Below, piece after piece: positions 13,767-26,373 of a DNA stretch of 64,000 nt. The stretch is from positions 620,001-684,000 of the forward strand of contig MU004181.1 in the NCBI GenBank assembly GCA_010093605.1. Reading direction: 5' to 3'. The stretch's first letter is position 1. Every line of letters begins with the position of its first letter. Below the pieces are notes generated by a model, which was not told the DNA's origin, ran no database searches, and saw nothing but the letters and a program-made list of their open reading frames with translations. Made by a program: the position numbers and the translations under genes. The stretch comes from Lophium mytilinum. Lineage: Eukaryota.

Positions 13767-14457
13767 GATGGTTTGTTCAAGTTCGAAATGGGCGAAAGGT
13801 GGACTTTCTGGTAACGGAACATATTTTTGAGAGCGGCTTCATGGCTACAGGGTGTTTTGAGTAAGGTTACCCCGTCTGAGGGGTATATCTATAATCCCTG
13901 TTCTGGTGTTCTGGTCTCTGTCTCACAGTACGACGCATTGCTCGACACGTAGTCTGGGATATACCGGCTGCGTGTGATTAATGTGTTCCACTGCTGGGAT
14001 TTCATATTGATGGCTCGACGAGTGTGACGCATGCAAATACTGAGGGACTGATTCGGACGCCTGGGGATATCATGGATTCGGTCTAGCTCCATCATGCTGA
14101 AGCATAGCCGCCAGGCCGACGGGCCCGCCGTGAAGTTTGCTATTGACTCATTGATGAGAAAGTCACTTTTGTTCCATTCTTCTCGACTCGCATTTCTTGA
14201 TGACGGCTTGAAGGGGTACGATGCCGATGTTGATTAGCTTCTCAGGCTCTCTCACCACGAGAGATGTAGTCTTGGAGACATCGAGTATAGCATCTACATG
14301 CCGCATTCCAAACGGTCGTGGAGATAAAAGTAGATGCTTGTGAGGTGGATTATCCTGATTATGCTGAAGGGGACGGGAGACGGAGATGGAGTGGACCCCG
14401 TGATGGGGTTATGCTGACAGAGGCTAGCGCCAATTCGGGCCGATCTGACATCTTCGC

Positions 14458-14938
14458 ATTTGTCGAATTCAAAATAGCACAGAACGCTTGGCGGATTTTT
14501 TCAAGCTTCCGCACCACGATATTCTGTGAACTCGCTCCACAGCACATTCTTTGGCGCCGTGTGTAGTACCTGTATATAGTTTATCTAGGTATAAGAAGCC
14601 TTTTATAGAGGTTTCAGCTTATAATATTTAGTATTAGTTATTTTATTTAGGGTACAAGCCTGCAGGAGAGATGTGGATGCACCAGAGTTGCAAAAGCGCT
14701 AGACCGCAGTAGTCTAGCGCATCTTGGCAGTTTCTAGACTGACTTTGCACTTAAATAACTCCTCTCCTTATGTATATTAGAGGCTGGAACTAAAGAACCT
14801 AAATAAGCTATAGAATAAGAGTCTACTATAGACATTTTAAGACTGTAGCTCTTAATGTGTGTTGGGGCTCTTTAAAAATGTGATGCGGAGCTCGAAAATT
14901 TCTGCCAAGCGTTCTGTGCTATTTTGAATTCGACAAAT
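14458..14938. mobile_element. MITE-like non-autonomous TIR element (~480 bp) with TpA-rich interior
   Basis: Perfect 35-bp inverted repeat ATTTGTCGAATTCAAAATAGCACAGAACGCTTGGC (14458-14492 / 14904-14938), extending imperfectly to ~60 bp. No clear TSD. Confidence 0.8.
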
Positions 14939-15400
14939 CATAAAGCGCTCTTTTGGCTCCATCTCTTACTACCAGTCTTAACAATTCGAGAAGTTAAGAC
15001 CTAACTATAATCAATATCTGAATTTCGAATAAGAAGGGACCCTCATATCAGGCCCAAAGTCCATGGCTTTTGACAGCCTCAATAGAAAGTTACAGTACCT
15101 CATACAGTCACGAGATGAGTGTATGCATCGCCATTGAACTCTCCAGTTTCTGCTATTCTGCTCTAAACGCGAAATACCGAACAGACCTGAGCGTTAAGTC
15201 AGAACAGGTATCGTTCACTAAGCATCACTCGTAGGCACCTCCCGTCTCCTTAGTAGCCCGTTAGTTCTTCATACCTGCATTATGTTGGACATTTCCTATG
15301 AGAAGATAATCTAAATAAGTCCAAGAGAAGTCTAACTCGGTTAGGAAAAGCAGAAACGGTCTCATTTTCAACCAACGCCACTTCGAAGATCCGCCAATTT

Positions 15401-18400
15401 TCACCACAGCCACAGGGATGCCGTCGTAAGAACCGAAAGGAACAGAATGAACAAGCTAGTAGAAGTTTGGAGGCGAAAGTCCCGGCCCCTGAGATACGTA
15501 CTCAGTTGCATTTTCCCCGCGATTACAGCTTTGCTTTCTTGGTCGTCGACCGTAGTGGGTAAGCCATCTCGATCCTCTGCGTCCGCGTAGTCGTACTGTC
15601 CTTCCAAATAAGCAAGAACCTTTATGACTGTCTTGTAAAAGTCCGTGTTTCTTGCTTCAATCTCTTCAACTCCCTCTGGTGGTGTATAGGTAGCGTCGTA
15701 TTTGATCACGTCCTCATAGCCATTTTCGATCAACAGTTCGCAGGCCACCCTCACACCGTCGAGGTTTCCGGTATGGAAGGCTAAGTACGCACAAGCTATC
15801 AGTGCATAATAGTCATTCGTCTCCTGGGGAGCGGTTATACCGTATACATCCTTTATGATTGGCTCCGGCTCTATACAGGCCAGCACGAAGGTGGAAAAGT
15901 CAGGCCCACTCGGGGTCGCGCCGTTCTCTAGCAATAGTCGTAGAGTAGAGAGGTTTCCCCATTTTGTGGCAACGTGAAGCGGTGTAACTTGGTTTTTATC
16001 ATAGAAATTGACATTCGCACCATGTTGTATCAGTATCTCTGCGATTGGCACATTTCCCCGCTCGGATGCTTTGTGTAGTGGCGTTTGTCCCTTCTCATCA
16101 CAGGCATCTGGGTTGGCTCCAGCCTCTAGTAATTCACGGGCTATATCAGGTCCGTTGTGGAGAGTATAGACGGTCGTATGAAGAGGGGTGCCTGTCGAGT
16201 AATCCTTTTTCTCGACGTCCGCTCCCATTCTTATCAAGGCCTTCGTAGAGTCGAGACGTCCGACGGTTGCAGCCAGATGCAGCGGTACCCATAGCTTTTG
16301 AGAGCGGCTAGAAATACCGCCGTTTCTATCGAGTCTGTCACCGACTTCACACGCAAGGGGACCTTCAATCAGGTCAACGTAGCCGAACGCTGTTGCGAGA
16401 CCGAGGAGTTGATTTGGGCCCTGAGAATCGCGAATGTACCTCAGGATAGCATTACTTGCGCGTGCTCTTGCACGAAAATTTTCGCCCCATATCCAGGAGT
16501 TGACGGGTCCGCAATGTACCACCAGCCCGGATACGGCCGTTGGTATGAAATGGTACTCACGCATGATATTATGAGACATATCTTTCCAGCGTTGAGATTC
16601 GTCGCAGTGGAGTCTGATCACTTCCCGCAAGTATGTGTGACTTGTATTAGATATGTTGTTCCGGTTGTGAACAAGATCAAGGTTGAAGGTGGTCTGCTGT
16701 TCTGAGAGCAAATACTCTTTGACCGAGAAATGAGCTAGGCGGATAGAAAAATCTTCCACGATCACTAGACTTCCCAAGATGTCGCATATGTTGGTTAGCG
16801 CTTGCCGAAGTCTTTTCTCGAAGCTGAACGCTGGTTTTTCGTGGGTTCCACTACGATCGCATCGGCAAGCGCACGAGCATTCCACGCTGGTTGAAACATG
16901 ATCCACATCAGAGCACGACGTGCGAGTTCGATATGCTTAAGGTCGATATTCTTCAGAATGCGTGAATATGTGGCGCCTAAAGTTTTCGGCAAGTCGACAA
17001 GAGTTGCGTCTAATTCTGACGAGCTTATGCATTTTCGAAGCTCAACCAATTGGCAATGCACCCAGCGAAACCTATTATGTCTTCGTGAGCAACTCCAAAT
17101 CTGTACTCCGATCCGGGATATACTTACATTCCATTAGAGCCTTTCGCCAATGCCGACTTCATTTTTGCCACAGTTTCCTCGGGCCAATCGTAAAGCCGCT
17201 CATCCTTTGTAATTTCAGCGGATATGTAATCTTCGATATCCCCGCTTATGCGCGAAGGTTCTATCGAAACCGAGACCGAGGTAGGTATACTGCTGATGCA
17301 GAATGCTTTTTGTATGTCTGTCTCCGGTCGACTCGTGAAAAGAAAACGTGTTTTGCTCTTTTGCCAATTCGACATCTCTTTAACAACACCGAGAACCTCA
17401 TTTCGGACCTCTCCCTGCGGGCACTCGTCCAGAGAATCAGTGATGACGAAAATATCAGTAGCACCCGCGATCTCAGAAGTAGCGCAATATTTCAACATCT
17501 CGACCACTTGGCGCAAGGAAGGCTTGCTTGTCCCGTGGTTACAATCCTGGTATAATTTCTCCAGTGTCGTCGGGATTGCTCGGGACTGAACGACAAGTTG
17601 TTGGATCAGGGAAGACACATAATTGATCGCGTGTCTCTTTTCCGTATCGGCGAAGTTGAAATAGAAGTAAGCAGTAGCGACTGCTGAGTTCTTGCTATGT
17701 TCTTCCTTGATGCGCTCAATTATGGTAGAGCTGCAGGCATTAGCAACGCGGAGAGCACACCACGCTCCATAAGAAAGCCGTACCTCAACACAGTTTTGCC
17801 GCAACCCGCTAGGCACAGTCAGCAAGAGGGTGTTTGGATCAAGTAGACCGACTCTTACTCTTTCCATTCAACCACAAGACCCTCCCGGGAGCCTTCTTCC
17901 AAGCCAGATATTCACCCAGCTCAAAGAGCCACTCCCCAGTGCCAGCCTGATGTCTGGTCCGGGCAATATTATGATCTGACGACGTATCTACCGAAGGTAA
18001 CCAATTTATGATCTTCTCGAAATAGGCCCGTTCCTTCTCTTGGGTAACTTTCCGATTCGTATCTTCAGACAAAGACCTTTCTCAATATAAGCATATATCC
18101 TATATAAGCCAAATATCTATGAATACTTACGCTTGATCAACATCTAGAGCCCGGTGAAGTATCTTGCTATCCTTCTCGATTCTCCCGATTGCTTTTTCCA
18201 CCTCCTTCTTCTCAATCGGCCACGCCAAATTGCTCAGTACTTTCTTCGTCCCACGGTACTTTGACCGCTGCCTTTCGCATCTCTTTTGCAATGTTTTGCC
18301 GACCTGTTCCAACTCCTCCTTGATTCTCTGCGCAGCGCCGGTTTTCTTCAGAACCTTTCCAATCTCAGGAAGTCGGTCTGAGCCCACGGACTCGGCCAAC

Positions 18401-18570
18401 GAGACGATTTTCTCGATGATGTCGCGGACCAACTCTACCTCCTCGCATAGACGCCTAACATCTTCGTCGGCATTGTTGACGTCGGTGAGATACTCGTGAC
18501 ATTGATTTGTGAGCTTCAGGGCGAGCTCGGCGAGTGCGGCGACGCTGACGATAACGCTTAAGGGATCCAT
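15401..18570 (-). pseudogene. NLR-2: HeLo-like + NACHT + ankyrin + C-terminal hydrophobic helix, with a 1-nt frameshift (pseudogene or sequencing error)
   Basis: Exons 18570-18131, ~18076-17859, 17808-17784, 17730-17128, 17071-15401. MDPLS start, GTGEW, GKTGCGKT, ITDSLDE, GMFRW, AHFSVKEYL. Frame break at the T5 run 16835-16839. Confidence 0.85.
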
Positions 18571-18817
18571 AGATTTGAACTGGTATCAAAGGATACGTAA
18601 GTACTGTCGAAATGATACCGCAGGATGAGCTGTTGCGAGGATAGAGAAAGAGACTGAAGCATGAACGGGCATGTCTTGAAATGAGGGGTAGTCGTGCAAA
18701 GTAATACCACGGCACAACGTTTCACTTCGCCACTCAGGGACAGATTTGCTGCGCTGTTCCTAGGCCCGGGGGTACTCTGTGTCAACAGCCCCTAGAACAG
18801 GCTAGAAAGTGATGCGT

Positions 18818-19054
18818 TTTGACACCCTTGATAATATGCTGAGCCACCTCACCAAGTTGCGACCTAGGGTGGGACATACAAGTTTCCCCCCCTCGTTATC
18901 TGCAACGCAGCAGTACAGTCTTCATTACCTAGTAGAAACAACTTGCAAAACTTGCACCAAGAACATATGGCCTCAATTAGGCTGAATATCTATCGCCTTT
19001 GAAACCCGTGATACCAGGTTGAGCCACCTCAGACGGCTGCTACCCTAGCGCGGG
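18818..19054 (+). repeat. Degenerate ~55-bp direct repeat (two copies, 180 bp apart) in the NLR-2/NLR-3 divergent promoter
   Basis: Core TGAGCCACCTCA at 18840 and 19020, with similar flanks (TTTGAnACCCnTGATA ... GCnAC(C)CTAG). Confidence 0.7.
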
Positions 19055-19401
19055 GGAGAGGGTGGTTAGAAACGTTTTCAGCTCCAATGATGTTTTAAAT
19101 GAATATCAATTTCCTATGTCATCGAAACCGTTCTGTGGCAAAGATTTCCTTCCGTGTGCCAAAGGTAATCTATTCTGATCCCGACTTGCAGCACCTCGTG
19201 ACACTATCACACAGTCAGTCCTATCCTAGTCTCTAACTCTCCGTGTAATGTTACCTGTCGCCAGGTGTAAAGTTGCGGAGTACAGAATTCTTGTGTGGTA
19301 TAACGATGGCACACAGCCCCTCTTTCTAATCATCGTCGATTCATCCCCTCCTACCATCATCCCTAAACGTCCCATGCCAAAAACGAAGTGGCCATACATC
19401 C

Positions 19402-22400
19402 ATGGATCCGGTCAGCGCACTCACCATCGTCGAAACTTCTAGCAAGGTCATTGGACTATGCTACTCCTACTTGAAGGGGGTCAAAGAAGCCGGAGACGAC
19501 ATCCAGCGCCTTCTCGACGAGATACATACGATCCGGGATTGGGGACAGCAAGTAGAGCGTCTACGGCAATCTCAGGACGCGGGCAAATTCACAGCGACGA
19601 TCGGCTTCTTGAAGAGAAACAAGGCAATGGAGGAGTGTAATAAAGAGCTAGCAAACCTGGAGGCGGTTTTGGAGAAGAGTTCGGAGAAGCAAAGGTCTCG
19701 CCGAGGGTTATTGAAACTCATGAAGAATTGGAAATGGCCGTTGGAGAAGAAGGACTTGGAAACAATCGTTGCAAAGATGGAGAAGCATGGGGATATGTTT
19801 GAGCGAGCTTTGAATCTTGATGTGGCGTGAGTACTCAATCTGCAGGCTTCAAGAGTTTCGGGACTGACGTGACGCCAGGACTATTGTTGCAACCACAGCC
19901 GACGGGGTCGATGTATTGCAGAAGAATGAATTGCTCAAGAAGGATGCCAAGATGCTCAAAGAGATTATGGAGTGGTTGCCAGGAATCGATACATCATCCA
20001 ACCACGAAGCGGCCCGGAAGAAACACCAGCCTGGAACGGGTAAATGGTTGATGGAACGCACTGCGCAGTTCTCGGAATGGAAGGGCACTCCTGGCTCGAC
20101 CTTGCTACTCCACGCCATACCTGGTTGCGGGAAAACAGTTCTATGCTCGACCGTCATCGAGCATATGAAGGAGTATTGCGGCTCAGATCCCCAGTCTGCG
20201 GTTATGTACTTCTATTTCGATTTCAACTCGGAGAGAAATGCTTCCAAATATGTTTCTTCGCTTATACAGCAGCTGATAAGGCGCTTCGATTTGAGTTCCG
20301 AATGCCTCAAATCGCTGTTCGAAGCTTGCAGAAAAGATAATTCTCGCCAACCAAAATCTCCAGAGCTTATTAGCATTTTCAAGAAGATAGTTGATATAGA
20401 ACTGTCCTCTGTGGCCAAGATCTTCATCGTTGCTGACGCCTTGGACGAGTGTTCGCCGAAGGACGACACTCGGGAGGAGCTATTAATCGCTATTGAGGAG
20501 CTCGCCAGGTGGCGGCATCACAAGCTAAATTTTCTTTTTACTTGTCGTCTTCTAGAGAGCATAAAGACACATCTCGCCCCGGCGTGCACTTGGGAACCGA
20601 TAGCTATCAAGACATATCAAATCGAGGTCGATATAGAGATATATATAAACACGCAAATAACGGAGGACCCAAAGCTCAATTGGTGGTCAGAGGAGCTCAA
20701 ATCAGAGGTGAAAGCCGCACTATCTCGCAAGTCGGATGGGATGTGAGTTCCCTCAATCATACCACACATATTCTCAATTGATGGTAACAGGTTCCGATGG
20801 GTGTATTGCCAAATCTTCGAACTTCGGAAGTGCCTGAATGAAGAAACTGTACGACATAAGCTATCAGATCTTCCGCAGACCTTGGAAGAGACCTATTCTC
20901 GCATTCTTAGGGGAATCGACAAGGGGTACGAGGAGTACGCTCGAAAAGCTATCATATGGCTGGTGTTCCTTAAAAACACTATGACCGTCGAAGCACTCGC
21001 CGAAGCTGTCGCTGTGGACGTCAAGAACAAGCGACCATTCAATACCAAGCACAGGATTCGCAACCCAGAAAGTAGTATATGCGACATTCTCGGAAGTCTC
21101 GTAATCATAGATCAAGTCGACGATGAGAAAAGAATTCGATTTGCGCACTTTTCCGTCCACGAATATCTCGTCAAAAACAAGGAGAAGTTCGGCGTTATGG
21201 ACGACGACTACCTCACCACAGTTGTGCCGTCCTGTGAGCTTTACCTCTGCGGTATCTTGAAAATGGAACTCCTGAGTAGCCGGCAAGGACAAGCGGTCGA
21301 ACGCTTTTGTCTTCTTCCTCATGTTATGTATCTTCTTTCCTGGCGTGCGACTATGCGCGTGGCTCGATACGCTAAACACAAAGTCTCCAATATAGAGTGG
21401 TTCACCAATCCCTGTCCAGAAAAGGAAGGAGCAAAAGTACCTAAAGACTGGCCGTTATTTCTTGATTCCGCAAACCTCGAAAGAGTCTTCTACATCACAG
21501 CCAGTGTTGGAGATGAGCTGTTTACCAACTTTCTACTAGCCAACGGGGTCAATCTCGTCGATATCCAATACACACGATGGAAAGACGTAGCACCGCTCCT
21601 ACATCACGCATTTCGTTATCCCAATATATTTGAGCCCAGAGTTCCAATGATATTGCTAGACCTGGGAGCCAACGTTGATGTGAGAGATCGCAACTTGCAG
21701 ACCCCTCTCCACACTGCGGCTCAAATGGCATGCCCTGGCATGGTTCGGTTTCTTCTGGAGCATGGGGCTAGTGTAAACGCCACGGATTGCATGCGGAGAA
21801 CAGCACTCCATCTGCTTATTATATTCCGTGAAAACCGCTTCAAAGAAAGGAATATTCCTGTCGAGATAGCAAGGCTGTTACTTGAGCACCATGTCAACGC
21901 GAATAGCAAGGATGTTCGTGGAAATACTCCTTTACTTCTCGCCTGCTACCGTGGCGATCTTGAAATGATTGATGTTTTACTCCAGTATGGCGCGAATGTT
22001 CAATGCCGGACGTGGTTAGATGGATACACCCCGTTGCACTGCGCAGCTTGGTCCGGATGGGATGGAATCGTTCGTGAGTTGCTTCGCGGAGGAGCAATAG
22101 TCGATGCGATGGACTCTTTCGGCAATACTGCTTTGCATGCCGCAGCTGCCAACGGGAACGCGGAGACTGTGGCTATTTTGCTCGAGCACAATGCTGACGT
22201 GCATACTCCCGACGAGTTCGGGATGACTGCTCTTCACTACAGCTGTCTAAAAGCTAAGCCAGACGTCGTCCGCGTTTTACTGCGGGGGCATACCTCAGTC
22301 AACAAGACAGATAGCTATGGACGAACGGCGTTGCACTTGTTGGTCCGGGACATTTCCTTTGACAACATAACCGGCTCCTGGGAAAATCGAGATCATATGG

Positions 22401-22792
22401 GGGAAAGCGAAAAAGACCTTGACAAAGCAAAATTCGTTGAAGCAAGAGGAGACATCATGACCCAAATTCTTACCGAAAAACCGAACGTGGTGGATGCCAA
22501 GGACATTTGCGGAAACACTCCCTCGGACGTTGCCAGAGGCTTGGAAGATTTGGAGTTCTGTTCACTGCTTGAAGAAGCCCACGTCCTGGCTGCGGAAACG
22601 CGAGAAATGCAACGCCTTCGAGACCAGAACATCACAAACCAAATATCAAAAGGTCGAAAGACGACCATAACGGCGTGGATTGCGGAGTTCTATGCCAAAC
22701 CGAGAGCGCCCACTTCGCTCGTCGGGAGCTTCATGGCGATATCTCTGTTATGCGGGCTTGTCGCTGTGATGCTAGGGATGCTTTCTTCGTGA
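19402..22792 (+). CDS. NLR-3: HeLo-like + NACHT + ankyrin repeats + C-terminal hydrophobic helix
   Basis: Exons 19402-19826, 19879-20742, 20791-22792. MDPVS start, GTGKW, AIPGCGKT, VADALDE, GMFRW, AHFSVHEYL, about 8 ankyrin repeats. Confidence 0.92.
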
Positions 22793-22950
22793 TGAGAGAG
22801 GGTTGGGGGACCTCACACGGTCGCTATCCGTGAACAGAAAACATTAATATTGATGATGATATCGTCGTTCGAGACTTCCGAAAACCCACTAATGACTCGC
22901 CCAGCGTCTCGTTCCCTCTCGTCGTCGCACCCATATCGCCAAGCGACGAT

Positions 22951-23929
22951 TTACGTCGATACGCACCCATCGGCACTATCCTCAACGAACAGCCCACCAT
23001 AAATCTGACCCTCGTTCAAGTTACTCTCTTGGTACCCGCTATTGACTACATCGCTTGTCCCAGTTGGCTTCTTCAACATGCCAATCTGAAATTGCCCGTT
23101 TCCAGAGATATCAGCCGAGATCGCGGTTGTCGCAGCAGTGAGAGCGGCTGTGCCGGCGGAGTAGTAGACTTGGATCGTACTAGGACGAGGTTCAGCATAT
23201 CAAGTTCATCGGAATCTTGGGAAACGTTCCTACTTCTTATTGTAATCGAGCGTCACCGCAAAGTTCTGCCATTGAGTGTTGTCGATTGGTGTAGACCACA
23301 AGATCTGATTGCTCCGGTTGAGGATCTTCCAGCTCGCTTTGTCGCTGCCGGAGCTTCCGATGATGGTGCCAGCTTCGAACATAAATTGGTCTGCGGAGTA
23401 GTCGGCTGTTTCGTGCCAGACATTCTTCAACATTGTCAGCATCAGCGCTTTCTTTCGGAAGATAGGTTCATGGAGAGTAATGTACCAAATACTCATGCGT
23501 CAGATTCAGCGGCCTGGTCGCATCCTGCTTGACACTCCAATGCAACGTCTTGACGCCACTAGCGCCTGGTCCCGTAGACGAATCGGACGCGAACTGCAAT
23601 CCCGCTCTCCTAAACCCATTCTGATTGTTGAAGATACTCGCGTCGGACAGAGTGACTTCAATAGCTTCATACCCGCTTCCATCAAAGCGGGAGCTGGAGA
23701 CGTTGGGAAGCTGCAAGATCTGGGACCACTTCAGGTTCGCGCCTTTAACATAGTCGGCATTGAAAAGAGCGTTCGAGGTGTCAAAAAATGTAGCAGCGGT
23801 GCCGACGGGCACACGACCGTCGAAGACGATAGGGCAGTTGATAGCGTTGACAGCACGCTTTGCTGGTGTGGGCGACGCGAAGCCAGCGCTAGCGAAGAGA
23901 GCCGCAGCCAGAAGAGTGAAGGATTGCAT
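22951..23929 (-). CDS. Secreted glycoside hydrolase family 131 (broad-specificity beta-glucanase)
   Basis: Signal peptide; CPIVFDGRVP, YVKG, QNGFRRAGL, LNLTHEY and GQFQIGMLKKPTG motifs; two introns; stop at 22951-22953. Confidence 0.82.
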
Positions 23930-25008
23930 AGTGGATGAAGAAAATGGTTTTTGAAATAGCTCTTCCTAACATTTCGTCGTCTTTAAGGACATACCGGAGC
24001 ACGCAAGGCTTTTCATATTTCCCCATAAGTGAGCTCGTCATCAAGGAATAGCCAGAAAGAATTAGAGCCATTGACTTCCCTCACTCGACAAGTTTTAGGA
24101 TTGATTGCACGCCAAATAGGGTCGAAATAAGGTGGCAAAAGTAATCTGGGTAGAAGGGCTGGCTCTCAGTAAAATTCGTACCTTAGATTATGTTGACGCG
24201 CATCTAATTTATTCCAGGCGGCTTATTTGAGATAAAGGACTGGAATTTGTTTCAAAATGTGGGGATGGAGGCATTGCGGTCCGAATGCCGCGTACCTGGT
24301 TCCAGACACAGTACTGGGTCATATATCTGGGCTCGTGAATATTTCACTGCTTTGGCTCCACTTTTTCTCCACTTTTGCTCAATTGAAACCACTGCGAGGG
24401 GTGCTCTGCCTGCATGCTGAGTTTCAAAGATCTGAAATAGCTCTTGCCAGTCATAGCCTTACCTTTTGTCACGCACGGACGGAACCTTCGGCGTGGTGAG
24501 TCCGTGATGCTTGGCAGCGCTTGGATCACGCCCGGACATCTCGAGCCGCTTTTCTCTTCCTTCCTGGACTCCAAATCCGAGTAACTCACCTCTCCTCAAG
24601 ACGTCCTGCTTCGCGCGCAGATGTCACGGGTTCGAACTGGCAAAGCTCGTCCCTGCTCTCAATGCCAAAGGGTTTCTGTCCTGACGGTTCTCGGTAGTTC
24701 TAAGGTTTCTGGGCGACTGTAGTCACGAGAATGTTGAACAGCGTTGTCTATTTCTCTTGATTCTAAGAGAGAAAGGGCGAAGATCTAGGGCATCAAACCA
24801 AAATCAAGGGTTTTCGCGATGAGTCAACGCAAACCGCCTCTGAACGCCAGTCCGCAAGAGACCCCATATGCTAAACTCCATTCCCATGTGTATCCTCGAC
24901 TTTCCCAAGCGCTCATTTGCAACCGTTTCATACCCAAGCTGGAAGCCCAGCTACCGCGAGGCATAAAGGCTCTCCGTCACGGGATGGTCACCTAGGACTG
25001 CGATTTCC

Positions 25009-26373
25009 TCATCGTTTATCCAGCCCATGCCCAGACGTATCGTACTGCCGATCCATACTCTCCTCCGAGGGCGCGGATCCTCTCTGCACCATAACTATCG
25101 ATGTGACTTTGATCCCGGTGTTCTGGTCAGGCGATCGATCTACCAACTCATCCTCCGACGCATCGTCCCTCCAGAGCTCTTGAAGGTGGGGTACGTACTT
25201 TCTGTCATATGTATCGCCGGTGAGGCCATTAGCAGTGGAATGCCGCTTGCCTTTCATCTTCGGCGTTCTATCGCTGAGCTCGTGTGAGTAAGGATTCGGA
25301 TTCGAGTCAGTCTTTCGCAACAGGCGCTTGCGGAGGTGTTTAGTCCAGATAGGCATGAGGCCCGGGATATTAGCGGCCATGACGCCAATGTATATTTCGA
25401 CCGCAGAGACGATAGTCAACCCTAACATGCTGATGGAGAGGTCAGATTGGGCGGCGAGCCTTTTGGTGACGACGATGCGGAGGAACGATGCCAGGACGGC
25501 CACGCCGCCGAAGCTGACGAGAGCGATCATTTGGATGCGGCGTTTGAGGGTTACGTTGATGTTCCAGAGGGGATAGACAGGGAGGATGAGAATGACTAAG
25601 TCCATGAAAATGGACTGGATCCAACTGTGAGTGCTTGCATAATAATACACCCGAGGCGAAAACTCACAAATGAGCTAGGAAGGTAGAAAAGGATGGTTCT
25701 GGGAATGCACACAGCGTTTGGATGGGCGGCTGGATGGATAACAGCGTCGAGGGGAATGCACGTCACAAAGTATATGACTAATGATATGATGAATAAGACG
25801 GTGTTGACGGCTATGGCCGCCCAGACAAAATGCGTAAATGGGTTGAATGGGATCAGGCGAAGATAGAAGATTAAAAAGGACGTTTTGACGATGAAGTGAA
25901 TGAAGACGTAAAAGGGCTGTTGGACGATGAGAACCTGAGGTATGTCAGCGCCGCAGTTTTGAAGGTGGAGTTTCTGAACTTGCATATTGAAGTTTCAGCA
26001 TGAGGTCTGCATCGCCACCTGTCTGGAGTTTCAGCATGAGGTCTGCATCGCCGCCTGTCAGATGTCTAAATGAAGGTTAGGCGATCTTGATACTGAGGGG
26101 AGGAACATAACATACAGACGGCCGCCATACGCGATGAATAGTGTGAAGATGGCTTGCTGGAACACAATGGAAGCCTGTGATAGCGTCGTCAGGCTACAGA
26201 GCTGCTCGAATGGGTGTAGAGCTTACAGTCACAGCAACCATGAACCAATCATCCCAGCCGAAATCCCGAACGATGAACTTCCGACTGTAGAGGCGCAAGA
26301 CGCACGTAAGAAAAGCCAGTATGCACAAAGCGAAAGAGATTCCATAGGAGGCCGACTGCAGCGACTCGACCAT
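25009..26373 (-). CDS. PTH11-like integral membrane receptor (fungal rhodopsin-like domain, no CFEM)
   Basis: LRLYSR..FGWDDW, KTSFLIFYLRL, CIPL, MDLVILILP and EIYIGVMAANIP motifs; multi-exon, including a GC-AG intron at 25983-25935. Confidence 0.88.

Noticed and set aside
16835..16841. Programmed -1 ribosomal frameshift in NLR-2
   Set aside because: G_AAA_AAC is not a canonical X_XXY_YYZ site, and both paralogues are in frame here.
13766..19830. Amyloid signalling motif or separate HET-S-like effector gene next to the NLRs
   Set aside because: The N-termini are full HeLo-like domains; no short N/Q/G-rich pseudo-repeat and no adjacent effector gene seen.
24600..24660. GGTTCGAA T-loop-like motif suggesting a tRNA
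   Set aside because: No cloverleaf stems could be formed.
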